Source of the DNA: Candidatus Poribacteria bacterium | Lineage (GTDB): Bacteria; Poribacteria; WGA-4E; PCPOR2b | NCBI GenBank assembly: GCA_965215015.1 | Contig: OZ244042.1 | Coordinates: 160,001-224,000, forward strand | Length of the DNA: 64,000 nucleotides | Direction of reading: 5' to 3' | Part shown: piece by piece, positions 20,360 to 30,868 of the stretch | Position numbering within the stretch: position 1 is the stretch's first letter | Layout: each line of letters opens with the position of its first letter | Notes under the pieces: model-generated | Told to the model about the DNA's origin: nothing | Database searches by the model: none | The model's input: the letters and a program-made list of their open reading frames with translations, nothing else | Position numbers and translations under genes: made by a program

Positions 20360-20678
20360 CCCCCCCTGACCCCCCCGCAAGCAGGGGGAATAACCCCCCT
20401 GACCCCCCGCAAGCAGGGGGAATAGGAGGAAGGGGGCAAGTGGCGGGTAAAGCACCTCCCTAACCCTCCCGCAAACAGGGGGAAACCCGATTCCATACGT
20501 GAGCATGTCCGTCTATCGGCTTGTGCAATTGACGATTACCGTGATGGCTGTCCATTTTGAATGGGAACGGATTCAGCAGCAGATGACAGCGGACAGACAG
20601 ATCGACATGCCGATTTACCCCCCCCTGCCCCCCCCGCAAGCAGGGGGGAATAGAAGGAAGGGTGCAAGTGGCGGGTAT
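20300..20678. repeat. Duplicated 3' end of the DUF1156 gene plus CCCCGCAAGCAGGGGG hairpin repeats
   Basis: 20300-20359 is recopied at 20559-20618; four hairpin copies lie between 20360 and 20650. Confidence 0.85.
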
Positions 20679-20909
20679 GCAAGTTGCTCCCTGATGCTTG
20701 TTTGGATCAGGATTTATAGGGAAGCCGGGCACGTATCGTCCTTATGGGGCTTTGGAGGCCGGGCTAGGAAGCCCGACCTACGAATCGTGGAGCGGGTTGG
20801 GTTTCACGCGAAGATTGAGAGAGGTTCTCATTCTTTAGGCAGTCTCGTTCAACCCAACTTACACGCTAAAGTGCGTAAATCTAATTGTACAGAAAATTGA
20901 TTAACGAAC

Positions 20910-21518
20910 ATGAGAATTGCAGTTTTAGCCTCCGGCAGCGGAACCAATTTGCAGGCACTAATCGATCAGCTCCACCAAGACGAAAAGAGTGGGATTGAAA
21001 TCGCTGTGGTGATTAGTGATCGAAGAAAGGCTTACGCGCTCACCCGTGCCAAGGAAGCGGGTATCCCCACCCACGTGGTGAGGGTTCGAGATTTTCCAGA
21101 TCGAGATGCGTTTGATGCAGAGATTTCAAAAATCCTTGACGAGTGCGAAGTCGAGCTAATTGTTCTAGCAGGTTTTATGAAATTGTTCCAGCCGGCGTTT
21201 GTGCGGAAGTATCGCAACCGTATCATCAATATTCATCCGTCGCTGCTACCCGCATTCCCGGGAGCACACCCTGTCAGAGATACGCTGGCGTATGGCGTTA
21301 AGGTCAGCGGCGTAACCGTTTTTTTTGTCGATGAGGGGGTTGATGCCGGACCTATCATCGCGCAAGTTTCGGTGCCCGTATTTGATGATGATAACGAAGA
21401 AACCCTGCTCAAACGGATTCATATTGAAGAGCATACACTCTATTCGCAGGTTGTTCGGTGGTATGCAGAGGGGGAGATCGAGATTATTGGTAGAAGGGTC
21501 TTGGTAAAGGAGTCGTGA
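20910..21518 (+). CDS. purN: Phosphoribosylglycinamide formyltransferase
   Basis: IAVLASGSGTNLQALID, LAGFM, NIHPSLLPAFPG, VDEGVDAGPII. Confidence 0.95.
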   Translation: MRIAVLASGSGTNLQALIDQLHQDEKSGIEIAVVISDRRKAYALTRAKEAGIPTHVVRVRDFPDRDAFDAEISKILDECEVELIVLAGFMKLFQPAFVRKYRNRIINIHPSLLPAFPGAHPVRDTLAYGVKVSGVTVFFVDEGVDAGPIIAQVSVPVFDDDNEETLLKRIHIEEHTLYSQVVRWYAEGEIEIIGRRVLVKES

Positions 21519-21519
21519 A

Positions 21520-22455
21520 ATGTTAGCGATTTCGACGATGTGGAACGCTTTGAGACAACCCGATGGGACAGCACTACTTGACGAACTCAAGGAACTCGGT
21601 TTTGATGCCATTGAGCTCAGTCGACACCTAACGCGGGAACAGATTGAACAGATTAAGCCCCACCTAGCGACGACGCGAATCTGCTCGATCCACAACTTTT
21701 GCCCCGTCCTACACGGGCTCCCGCAATCGGAGGCGGAGAATGATCCCATTCACTTAGCAAGTCTCGATGAGGAGGCGCGGGACGAAGCTGTTAAACAAAC
21801 GATTCGGACGATGGAGTTGGGAGTCGAGATTGAGGTTCCAATCGTTGTGCTTCACCTGGGTGAGGTGGATACATACGACCGATCCTATCTGATGTATGAT
21901 TTCTACAAATACGGTGAACGAGAATTTGAGGCATTTAGGCCAAAGGTGGAGGAAGCGACCGAGTGGCGTAAACGCAAGGAGGCAAAGCATCAAGACGCCG
22001 TGCTGTTCAGTCTTGATACGTTGAATGAAACGGCTTTGCGGATGGAGATCTACTTGGCGATTGAGAATCGCCCGCGTTACTATCAGATTCCCAATTTTGA
22101 CGAGGTTGGACTGTTTTTGGAGAAGTTCAAGGGAAGCAACATGCGGTATTGGCACGATGTCGGACACGCCATGCTTCAGGAGCGGGTGGGGCTCTGTTGG
22201 TCGCAGCGCTGGCTAGAGGTATACGCAGAGGACCTGATCGGCGTGAACCTACATGATCTCAAAGACCTCGAGGCGTATCACCCGCCGGGGTCTGGGGACC
22301 TTGACTTCGAGCAGATTTTGGCGCAGGTTCCACAGGATATGCTAACCGTTTTGGAGGTCCGAGATTCGCCAGCAGAACAACTTGTTGAGGTGACGGAAGA
22401 GTGGCAACTATGGCGGAAACCCAAAACACAGGTTGAAGAAGGCAGGCGCACCTAG
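21520..22455 (+). CDS. Sugar phosphate isomerase/epimerase (AP endonuclease 2 TIM barrel)
   Basis: GFDAIEL, SIHN, VLHLG, AIENR, WHDVGHA, LHD...HPPG.GD.DF. Confidence 0.8.
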   Translation: MLAISTMWNALRQPDGTALLDELKELGFDAIELSRHLTREQIEQIKPHLATTRICSIHNFCPVLHGLPQSEAENDPIHLASLDEEARDEAVKQTIRTMELGVEIEVPIVVLHLGEVDTYDRSYLMYDFYKYGEREFEAFRPKVEEATEWRKRKEAKHQDAVLFSLDTLNETALRMEIYLAIENRPRYYQIPNFDEVGLFLEKFKGSNMRYWHDVGHAMLQERVGLCWSQRWLEVYAEDLIGVNLHDLKDLEAYHPPGSGDLDFEQILAQVPQDMLTVLEVRDSPAEQLVEVTEEWQLWRKPKTQVEEGRRT

Positions 22456-23032
22456 GGATATACAATAACCCGTTTGTAGTAGGGCAATTCATTGCCCGTA
22501 GGGGTTCTTGTAATAGGGACATACAATTAAGATGAGCGAGGGTAACTCAGCGACAGGCAGTTAGACCAACACCCGTTTGTAGTAGCGCAATTTATTGCCC
22601 GTAGGGGGTCTTGTAATTCGGCAACATGTGGTTATCCCAAAACACCAATATAGTGGAAACCCAAAACACACACCCGTTTGTAGTAGGGCAATTCATTGCC
22701 CGTAGGGGGTCTTGTAATAGGGATATACAATTAAGATGAGCGAGGGTAACTCAGCGACATGCAGTTATACCAACACCCGTTTGTAGTAGCGCAATTCATT
22801 GCGCGTCGAGGTTCTTGTAATTCGGCAACATGTGGTTATCCCAAAACACCAATATGGCGGAAACCCAAAACACAGGTTGAACAAGGCAGGCACACCTAAG
22901 GGATATACAATTAAGATGAGCGAGGGTAACTCAGCGACAGGCAGTTAGACCAACACCCGTTTGTAGTAGCGCAATTCATTGCCCGTAGGGGTTATTGTAA
23001 TTTGGCAACATGTGGTTATCCCAACACACCAA
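22409..23032. repeat. BIME-like mosaic array with five GTAG hairpins and copies of the upstream gene's 3' end
   Basis: GTAG hairpins at about 22476, 22579, 22680, 22783 and 22963; tatggcggaaacccaaaacacaggttgaa repeated at 22409 and 22853. Confidence 0.9.
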
Positions 23033-23306
23033 CTTGGGGGCAAATCACGCCACAACGCCTGTAACGAAACGGTTTATGGATTGGCATCGTTGATGCATAT
23101 AGACATCATCAATCTATTCTGAGTGGTTCATTACAAGTTCGGTATACGGTTAGACGGGAGAGCGAGATTCTCCGACGACCGGAGCAATACCTTGCTGGGT
23201 GACCTAAAAAAACTGATCCCTGATGCAATCTTACAGTTATATAAACCCAAACCTCCCACCCCAAGCCGAATTGAAAAACAGATTTCTACGCTAAGGAGAA
23301 TTCATC

Positions 23307-24572
23307 ATGGATAGACTCATCATCAACGGTGGTAAGCAGCTCGAAGGTACAATTTCAGTCAGTGGCTCTAAAAACGCAACGCTTCCCATCGCTGTTGCAG
23401 CCGCAATTCTGGGGGATGGCTCCAGTGTTATTCACAATGTTCCTAATTTGAGAGATATTGATAGCCTATGTGCAGTACTTGAGGAGCTCGGGGCAACGAC
23501 GAAGTTAGAGAATTCAACGCTCTATATTGAACCGGGGAACCGAATCGCTTACGAAGCCCCCTACGACCTCGTCCGAAAAATGCGAGCATCAATTTATGTG
23601 CTGGGGCCCCTCGTTGCACGTTTAGGTATGGCAAAAGTTTCTTTTCCCGGCGGCTGTGCCATTGGGCCGCGGCCGGTAGACCTACACTTGAAAGGGTTGC
23701 AACAACTTGGGGCTGAGGTTGAAATTGATAGTGGCTATATCATAGCACGGACGAATGGGTTGGTTGGCGCAGAGATCTATCTGAGAGGACCGCACGGCTC
23801 AAGCGTCGGTGCAACCGCAAACGTCATGATGGCTGCAACCCTAGCAGAAGGTACAACCACTATTCGTGGGGCAGCCTCTGAGCCGGAGGTCGCTGACCTA
23901 GCGAATTTCCTTAACGCAATGGGGGCGGATATCGAGGGGATTGGCACCGCCACCTTGACGATACACGGCGTTAAACAGCTGCGCGGCACGGAATATACTG
24001 TTATTCCAGATCGTATCGAAGCAGGGACATTTATGGTTGCTGGGGCGATTACGAAGGGGGACGTTTTTGTGAAAGATGCCCCCGCTCAACACCTTGGGGC
24101 TACCTCCGAAAAATTGACAGAGGCGGGTGTTCAATTGGATTGGACCGATGACGGGGTCCGCGTGAGAACATCACGAGAACTCCAAGCGGTTGATATCGCC
24201 ACTGATACATATCCGGGGTTCCCCACGGATATGCAGGCGCAGATGATGGGACTCCTCACTATCACGCCCGGCATTAGCACTATTACGGAAGGCATTTACT
24301 TAGATCGCTTCATGCACGCGAGCGAACTCAATCGAATGGGGGCAGATATTCGTGTCGAGGGAAACCGAGCGGTGGTGCGGGGTAAGTATAGACTCAGTGG
24401 TGCACCTGTCATGGCATCAGACCTCCGCGCGGGGGCAGTACTTGTTCTTGCAGGCATGGCGGCAGTAGGCGAAACAGTCGTCTCCCGTATCTATCATATC
24501 GATCGGGGGTACGAAGGCATTGAAGAGAAACTGGCGGGTATTGGCGCGGATATTACCCGAGTGAGAGCCTAA
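23307..24572 (+). CDS. murA: UDP-N-acetylglucosamine 1-carboxyvinyltransferase
   Basis: SGSKNA, KMRAS, PGGCAIGPRPVDLH, PDRIEAGT, YPGFPTDMQAQ, DLRAGA. Confidence 0.97.
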   Translation: MDRLIINGGKQLEGTISVSGSKNATLPIAVAAAILGDGSSVIHNVPNLRDIDSLCAVLEELGATTKLENSTLYIEPGNRIAYEAPYDLVRKMRASIYVLGPLVARLGMAKVSFPGGCAIGPRPVDLHLKGLQQLGAEVEIDSGYIIARTNGLVGAEIYLRGPHGSSVGATANVMMAATLAEGTTTIRGAASEPEVADLANFLNAMGADIEGIGTATLTIHGVKQLRGTEYTVIPDRIEAGTFMVAGAITKGDVFVKDAPAQHLGATSEKLTEAGVQLDWTDDGVRVRTSRELQAVDIATDTYPGFPTDMQAQMMGLLTITPGISTITEGIYLDRFMHASELNRMGADIRVEGNRAVVRGKYRLSGAPVMASDLRAGAVLVLAGMAAVGETVVSRIYHIDRGYEGIEEKLAGIGADITRVRA

Positions 24573-24588
24573 AAAGTTCATACAAACT

Positions 24589-25911
24589 TTGGCAAGAAAC
24601 GAGGAAGTCTTTGTGATCACCATTCTTGATGCCCATTCGGACGAAGCGGCAGCTTTCATCGAAAAACTGAATCTGCGTGGAGGGTTAGAAGATCCAAATA
24701 TTCTGAGGACCGTCCGTAAGACTTTGCAAGATGTCCAAAGAGATGGTGACAGAGCTGTCATTAAATATACGCGCAAGCTTGACGCTCCGCAAATCTCTGT
24801 CAAAGAGATGCGAGTCACAGACACAGAGATTAATGACGCCTCCACCCAGGTCGATTCAGAATTTCACGAGGCGATCCAGCTGGCGCGGACGAACATTGAA
24901 CGGTTTCATCAGAAGCAGCTAAGGAATTCATGGCTGTCCACCGAAGCAGATGGCGTTGTTTTAGGACATCTCATCCGTCCGCTGAGGCGTGTCGGTGTAT
25001 GTGTTCCAGCCGTGAGTCAGTTACTGGTCTCTTCCCTAATGATGAATGTCATTCCTGCGAAGGTTGCGGGCGTTGAGGAGATTGCGGTCTTCATGGGACC
25101 GATGCCAAATCGGAAGATTGACCCCCATATGCTTGCCGCTGCGACAGCGTGTGGCATCCGTGAGATTTACAAGTGTGGCGGTGCACAAGCGGTCGGGGCG
25201 ATGGCTTATGGAACGGATACCATCCCGAAAGTGGATAAAATCGTCGGTCCGGGCAATCTCTATGTCCAGCTGGCAAAGCGAGAGGTTTACGGGCCCGTCG
25301 ATATCGACAAACTAGCGGGACCAAGCGAAGTCCTTATTATCGCTGATCACACAGCAAATCCCGCCTACATTGCAGCAGACCTTATCTCGCAGGCAGAACA
25401 CAGCGCGGAATGTTCCGCCATTCTTACCACAACGTCTAGAGAAATTGCAGAACAAGTTTGTGCAGAGATTGAGCGACAGGCGCAAAGATTGCCTCGCCAG
25501 TCCGAGCTGACCGGTGCTTTTGAAAACTATGGTGTAGCGTTCGTCGTCGCGGATTTAGCCGAAGCGGTAGAGATTGCCAATGCAATCGCACCCGAACATG
25601 TCGAGTTGGAGATAGAAAACCCAATCGAATGGGTCGGTGCAATCCGTAATGCAGGAGCGATTATGCTGGGACCCTACACCCCCGAATCTGTCGGCGACTA
25701 CATCGCCGGTCCCAATCACATCCTACCTACGGGTGGAGCCGCAAGATACGCATCGCCGTTGAGTGTCGATGATTTCTTAAAAAAAACAAGTATTATCTCC
25801 TACACCAAAACCGCGTTAGAAAAGGTCACGCCGGCTGTCGTCAAACTCGCTCAAGTGGAGGGGCTTCAAGGACATGCGGAAGCGATGAAGATTCGCTCCG
25901 ATAAGTATTAG
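24589..25911 (+). CDS. hisD: Histidinol dehydrogenase
   Basis: GGAQAVGAMAYGT, KIVGPGN, AGPSE, SQAEH, APEH, GDYIAGPNHILPTGG; exact start uncertain. Confidence 0.9.
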   Translation: MARNEEVFVITILDAHSDEAAAFIEKLNLRGGLEDPNILRTVRKTLQDVQRDGDRAVIKYTRKLDAPQISVKEMRVTDTEINDASTQVDSEFHEAIQLARTNIERFHQKQLRNSWLSTEADGVVLGHLIRPLRRVGVCVPAVSQLLVSSLMMNVIPAKVAGVEEIAVFMGPMPNRKIDPHMLAAATACGIREIYKCGGAQAVGAMAYGTDTIPKVDKIVGPGNLYVQLAKREVYGPVDIDKLAGPSEVLIIADHTANPAYIAADLISQAEHSAECSAILTTTSREIAEQVCAEIERQAQRLPRQSELTGAFENYGVAFVVADLAEAVEIANAIAPEHVELEIENPIEWVGAIRNAGAIMLGPYTPESVGDYIAGPNHILPTGGAARYASPLSVDDFLKKTSIISYTKTALEKVTPAVVKLAQVEGLQGHAEAMKIRSDKY

Positions 25912-25923
25912 AACAGCCCCGAG

Positions 25924-26020
25924 ATCAAACACCTATGATTGGAAAGAGGGGAGGCAGTTCGTAGTAGCGCAATTCATTGCGCGTAACACCATCAAACACC
26001 AACGATTGGAAAGAGGGGAG
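25924..26020. repeat. GTAG-hairpin 37-bp insert flanked by a 30-bp direct duplication
   Basis: atcaaacacctatgattggaaagaggggag (25924-25953) and atcaaacaccaacgattggaaagaggggag (25991-26020). Confidence 0.9.
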
Positions 26021-26087
26021 AGAAACTTCCAACCTTCTGTCCCTTCAATTCCATGTTTACCATTTTACGCAAAGGAGATTCGCCCCT

Positions 26088-26813
26088 ATGGCACCCCTCT
26101 GGTTTGTCTGTGCAACAATCTACACCGGTGCCCTTGCTTTCGCTGGCACGGAATCGCACCGACCTAATTCTAAAGTGCATGACCTACCCGTCACAACCTT
26201 TTCAATCGTTGCGCGGGACCCGGAGAATGGCGACCTTGGAGTTGCCGTTCAGTCCAAGTTTTTCGCCGTTGGAGCGGTTGTCCCTTGGGCAAAGGCAGGT
26301 GTCGGTGCTGTTGCGACCCAATCGTGGACAAATACAACCTATGGGTCAAAAGGCTTGGAACTGCTGGAAAATGGACACTCCGCCCAACAAGCGTTGGAGC
26401 AGCTAATTGCCGGCGATGATGGAAAAGCGCAACGTCAGGTCGGCATTGTTGATGCGAGAGGCAACGTCGCTAACTATACCGGCGATGAATGTATGGAATG
26501 GGCAGGGGCACGGCACGGAGAAAATTACACGGCGCAAGGCAACCTTCTGACAAGTGAAGCAGTCGTCGAGGCGATGGGAGAGGCGTTTGAGAAAACAGAG
26601 GAAGAACTGGCGAAGAAACTAATGGCGGCACTCATTGCAGGGCAGGAAAAGGGCGGTGATCGACGCGGACAGCAGGCAGCAGCGTTGCTTGTCGTGCGTG
26701 AAAATGGTGGAGAGGGCGGTTTTAATGATCGGTATATCGATTTACGGGTTGATGACCATAAGCAGCCAATTAAAGAACTGCGTCGGCTGCTGAAGATACG
26801 GTTGCGGATATAG
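26088..26813 (+). CDS. DUF1028 (Ntn-hydrolase-like) protein with signal peptide
   Basis: TFSIVARDP..GDLGVAVQSKF.AVG, GAVATQ, QGN, GGDRRGQQAAAL, DLRVDDH; AAGGAG RBS before 26088. Confidence 0.9.
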   Translation: MAPLWFVCATIYTGALAFAGTESHRPNSKVHDLPVTTFSIVARDPENGDLGVAVQSKFFAVGAVVPWAKAGVGAVATQSWTNTTYGSKGLELLENGHSAQQALEQLIAGDDGKAQRQVGIVDARGNVANYTGDECMEWAGARHGENYTAQGNLLTSEAVVEAMGEAFEKTEEELAKKLMAALIAGQEKGGDRRGQQAAALLVVRENGGEGGFNDRYIDLRVDDHKQPIKELRRLLKIRLRI

Positions 26814-26829
26814 TCAAGCCATTGTCAAT

Positions 26830-27495
26830 ATGCGCCAATTTTTTCAGATGATTCTCCAAATGAAAACAGTACTACCTCCTGCAGCTTTCGCACGAATTGA
26901 CGAAACCGATGATCGCCTGTTTTACTCAGAACCCCGTATCGTCGCACATATTGATGACAACGCAATTGCCGCAATCAAGGAATTTTTCGATCAAACCTTG
27001 CCGAGAAATGCCGCCATATTAGACCTGATGAGCAGTGCCTTCTCCCACCTTCCCGAAGAATTTCCCGCTCAACGTATCGTCGGACTAGGCTTGAACGCGG
27101 TAGAGCTCCAAGCCAACCCTGTCCTTGACGAATACGTAGTTCATGACCTCAATGCCAATCCAAGCCTCCCTTTTCACGATGGGGAATTTGCAGCGGTAAT
27201 CATGACTGTTTCGATGCAGTACCTGACAAAGCCGGTCAAGATTTTTCGTGAGGTCCATCGTATTCTTCGGTCAGATGGTCCGTTCATCGTCATTTTCTCC
27301 AATCGTTTGTTCCCAACGAAAGCGGTGTGCATCTGGCGTGTAACCTCTGACGCTGAGCACGCCGAATTGGTGCACCACTACTTCTGTGTGGCGGGCGGCT
27401 ATGCGGAAATCACCTTTTTGGATTCTACTCCCCGGACCGATGGATACACGGATCCGGTGTATGTCGTTATGGCGAAAAAATGTGAGGCACCTTAG
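26830..27495 (+). CDS. SAM-dependent methyltransferase (type 11)
   Basis: R.DETDD.LFY..PR.V.HIDD, LDLMSS, GLGLN..EL..NP.L, FSNRLFPTKA. Confidence 0.85.
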   Translation: MRQFFQMILQMKTVLPPAAFARIDETDDRLFYSEPRIVAHIDDNAIAAIKEFFDQTLPRNAAILDLMSSAFSHLPEEFPAQRIVGLGLNAVELQANPVLDEYVVHDLNANPSLPFHDGEFAAVIMTVSMQYLTKPVKIFREVHRILRSDGPFIVIFSNRLFPTKAVCIWRVTSDAEHAELVHHYFCVAGGYAEITFLDSTPRTDGYTDPVYVVMAKKCEAP

Positions 27496-27567
27496 ATGTG
27501 CCAAACAACTGAAATCTTGCACATTTGATAATCTGACAAAACTACAACGAAAGGAAAATTTTGAACC

Positions 27568-29427
27568 ATGGCTGATAGCAATGCCACCGAAGATATCCAA
27601 GAATTTGAGTATAAGGCAGAGATGAAACAACTTCTACATCTCATTATTCACTCACTTTATACCCACCCTGAAGTCGCCATCCGCGAACTCATCTCCAATG
27701 CTTCCGATGCGTTGCACAAAATCCGATTCAGGCAGTTGACAGACAAAAATATCCTGAACCCCGACGCCCCTTTAAGGATTGCCATCGCTGTCAATGCTAA
27801 TGCACAGATGTTTTCGATTACGGATACAGGTATCGGCATGACAAAGGACAATTTGACCGAAAGGATTGGCACCGTTGCCAGTTCGGGAACACTAGAGTTT
27901 TTGGAGCAGGTGAAGGAAGGGGACAAACCTTTCGACGCTAACCTGATCGGTCAGTTCGGCATCGGTTTTTATTCGGTGTTTATGCTCACGAATCAAATCA
28001 CAATTGAAACGCGCCACGCAAATACCGACTCAAAGGGATTCCGATGGCAGTCAACGGGTGAGGGCAAATTCACCATCAAGGAGATTGATCGCCCACAGAG
28101 AGGCACCCAAATCTCTTTCAAGCTGAAGGACGAGTTCAAGGAATTTAGCGAATCATATCGCGTTGAGCAGGTCATCACGAAATACTCTAATTTTGTCGAT
28201 TTTCCCGTTTCCGTCAATGGAAAGCAGGTGAACACCGTCAGTGCTTTGTGGCATAAGAACAGGAATGAAGTGACGGAGGAGGAGCGGAATGAATTCTATA
28301 AATTTATATCTAACGACCTCAATCCGCCGCTCGGGCACCTGCACCTCTCTCTTGAAGGGCGCGTGAATTTCAAAGCACTGATGTTTATACCTGAAACACC
28401 ACCGCTCAGATTACTCAGGGAGGAAGACCTGAGTTCGCTGCACCTCTATTCAAGCAAGGTGTTTATCCAAGACGATTGCAAGGAGCTGCTGCCTGAATAC
28501 CTTCGATTTATATCAGGGATAGTGGATACCGAGGATCTGCCCTTGAATGTGTCCCGCGAGGTGACACAATCGAGTCCCATCATGGCGCGTATCCGGGAAA
28601 CCTTAACGGGGCGGGTGCTCTCGCTCTTGGAAGACTGGGCGAAAAATGACGTAGAGAAGTATGGGAAATTTTTCAGGAATCTCGGGTTGCTCTTCAAGAC
28701 TGGACTCAGTTCAGATTTCGCCAACAGAGATCGACTGCGGGACCTCTTGCGATTTGAATCAACCAAAACCGAAAGCGGCAAGTTTACCTCGCTAAAGGAT
28801 TATGTTGCTGGGATGCCGGAAGATCAGAAGGAGATTTATTACCTGTCAGGTGATAATAGAGATGCGGTAGAGCGGAATCCAAATTTGGAATATTTCAAGA
28901 AGGGGGGAGTTGAGGTGTTGTTCTTCATCGATCCTGTCGATCTGTTCAATAGTCCCCACCTGCTTGAATATGAGGATAAACCGCTGAAAAGTATTGAAAA
29001 GGCGGATATAGATCTCAAGACGGACGAAGAAAGCCAAGATGAAACCTTAACCGAGGATGTCGGTCTGATTTCTGTTTTCAAGGAGACTCTCGGTGATAAA
29101 GTAGAGGACGTGGTCGCCTCCAAAAGATTGGTTGATTCAGCGGCAACCTTGGTTGTCGGAGCAGAGGGTATGGACACACACATGGAGCGGATGATGAAAA
29201 TGATGAACCAGGATTTCACCGGTTCCAAACGCATCTTGGAGCTCAATTTTTCCCATCCCTTAATAAAGAATCTCGCACAACTCAACCAGAACCAGGGCGA
29301 TGAAACTCTCATCAAGAGTTGTATTTTTCAGCTTTACGAAGGCGCATTGCTAGTTGACGGGAATACTGTAGACCCCCCCACATTTGTCGCTCGGATGACG
29401 GAGATTATGGAACGAGCAACAAGTTGA
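27568..29427 (+). CDS. htpG: Chaperone HtpG (Hsp90)
   Basis: RELISNASDA, DTGIGMT, IGQFGIGFYS, DLPLNVSRE. Confidence 0.97.
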   Translation: MADSNATEDIQEFEYKAEMKQLLHLIIHSLYTHPEVAIRELISNASDALHKIRFRQLTDKNILNPDAPLRIAIAVNANAQMFSITDTGIGMTKDNLTERIGTVASSGTLEFLEQVKEGDKPFDANLIGQFGIGFYSVFMLTNQITIETRHANTDSKGFRWQSTGEGKFTIKEIDRPQRGTQISFKLKDEFKEFSESYRVEQVITKYSNFVDFPVSVNGKQVNTVSALWHKNRNEVTEEERNEFYKFISNDLNPPLGHLHLSLEGRVNFKALMFIPETPPLRLLREEDLSSLHLYSSKVFIQDDCKELLPEYLRFISGIVDTEDLPLNVSREVTQSSPIMARIRETLTGRVLSLLEDWAKNDVEKYGKFFRNLGLLFKTGLSSDFANRDRLRDLLRFESTKTESGKFTSLKDYVAGMPEDQKEIYYLSGDNRDAVERNPNLEYFKKGGVEVLFFIDPVDLFNSPHLLEYEDKPLKSIEKADIDLKTDEESQDETLTEDVGLISVFKETLGDKVEDVVASKRLVDSAATLVVGAEGMDTHMERMMKMMNQDFTGSKRILELNFSHPLIKNLAQLNQNQGDETLIKSCIFQLYEGALLVDGNTVDPPTFVARMTEIMERATS

Positions 29428-29506
29428 TGTGGATTCTAATATGACAAGCAGCACCCCTATCCATCGGGGCTATACTTATGTGTGGGAGGTTTTGAAGGAG
29501 AAGTTA

Positions 29507-30580
29507 ATGAACGCAAAAATTACCGTGATACCCGGAGATGGGATCGGTCAAGAAGTCACAGCCGAGGCTATTCGGGTATTAAATACTATCCAAGATAAAT
29601 ATGGGCATCGCTTTGAGTACGAATATGGACTTCTCGGCGGATGCGCGATCGATGAAACCGGCACAGCACTGCCTGAAGAGACATTAGATCTCTGCCGAAC
29701 ATCCGATGCAATCTTATTTGGTGCAGCGGGAGGCCCGCAGTGGGAAGATGTCCCAAGCGCAGAACGCCCCGAACGCGCTGTCGGCACAGTTCGCAAAGAA
29801 CTTGACCTTTTTGTAAACCTCCGCCCGATTCGTGGCAGAAAAGCGTTAGCACCCGTCATGCCGGTGAAGGATGAGATTATCGGTGAGGGACTGGATTTTA
29901 TCGTGATTCGTGAGTTGGCCGGTGGTTTATACTACGGCGAGCCTCGCGGCATTGAGACACATCCAGATGGAGAGCGCGGATGCAATACACTTGCTTACAC
30001 GACGCGAGAGATCGATCGGGTCGTGCGCGCCGGTTTTGAACTTGCACGGAAACGCTCTAAAAAACTAACATCCGTGGCGAAGGAAAACATGCTGGAAAGT
30101 TCAAAACTCTGGCGAGAAGTTGCAACAAAGGTGGGGCAGGATTATCCCGATGTCGAATTGAATCATATCCTAGTTGATGCATGTGCCTATCATCTCATCC
30201 GAAATCCGAGCCAATTTGATGTCATGGTGACGGGAAATATTTTCGGAGACATCCTCACCGACGAAGCGGGCGTGTTGGTCGGTTCACTCGGTATGTGCCC
30301 GTCGGCAAGCTACGGGTACACCAAGCAAGGCTTCTACGAGCCAATTCACGGCACCGCGCCGGACATCACCGGGCAAGGGGTTGCCAATCCGATTGGGGAG
30401 ATTTTGTCCGCAGCCCTTTTGCTTCGACACTCCTTCAATCTTGATAGGGAGGCTTCGGATATTGAAAACGCCGTTGACCGTGCAATCGACAAAGGATTCC
30501 GCACAATTGATATTCAGCAGCCGGGGCTGAAAACGGTTGGCACTGTCGAAATGACAAACGCCATTATTGCTGAAATTTGA
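29507..30580 (+). CDS. leuB: 3-isopropylmalate dehydrogenase
   Basis: IPGDGIGQEV, NLRP, RELAGGLYYG, NIFGDILTDEA, YEPIHGTAPDI; AAGGAG RBS before 29507. Confidence 0.9.
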   Translation: MNAKITVIPGDGIGQEVTAEAIRVLNTIQDKYGHRFEYEYGLLGGCAIDETGTALPEETLDLCRTSDAILFGAAGGPQWEDVPSAERPERAVGTVRKELDLFVNLRPIRGRKALAPVMPVKDEIIGEGLDFIVIRELAGGLYYGEPRGIETHPDGERGCNTLAYTTREIDRVVRAGFELARKRSKKLTSVAKENMLESSKLWREVATKVGQDYPDVELNHILVDACAYHLIRNPSQFDVMVTGNIFGDILTDEAGVLVGSLGMCPSASYGYTKQGFYEPIHGTAPDITGQGVANPIGEILSAALLLRHSFNLDREASDIENAVDRAIDKGFRTIDIQQPGLKTVGTVEMTNAIIAEI

Positions 30581-30838
30581 TCCAATTCGTGAAGTGCAAG
30601 AGCCTGCATACCTCTTTTATGAGATAGGCTGCTCATGTAATTATACAGTTCGCGTTTTATCCAGATGTACGATTGTCATACTCAGGAAGTTCTGGAGGAA
30701 AGGAATGGCATCGTTTATGAGTTCAATGAGATTGTCTTTCGTGCGAACCACTAACCTCGCTTCGATTTGGGCACCTGCTCAAAATCTGGTAGTCTTTGAA
30801 ACGAAAATTGGATATAATCCGATTCGTCAGAATAGAAG

Positions 30839-30868
30839 GGTTACAGCACACGGAGTATGCCTACTACT
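30839..30868 (-). repeat. Second GTAG-tagged repeat family (consensus about GTAGTAGGCATACTCCGTATGCCGTAACC)
   Basis: Related copies at about 10609, 14727, 31786, 42367, 48457, 52085 and 52957. Confidence 0.7.

Noticed and set aside
20300-20618. DGR template/variable repeat pair at the DUF1156 C-terminus
   Set aside because: No reverse transcriptase in the window, only four differences, and they are not confined to adenines of the non-coding copy.
22409-23032. Possible CRISPR array (hairpin repeat at ~100-bp spacing)
   Set aside because: The intervening segments are themselves repeated modules and too long for spacers.
23123-23314. 63-aa ORF overlapping the murA start
   Set aside because: No recognisable motif or RBS; cannot be supported.
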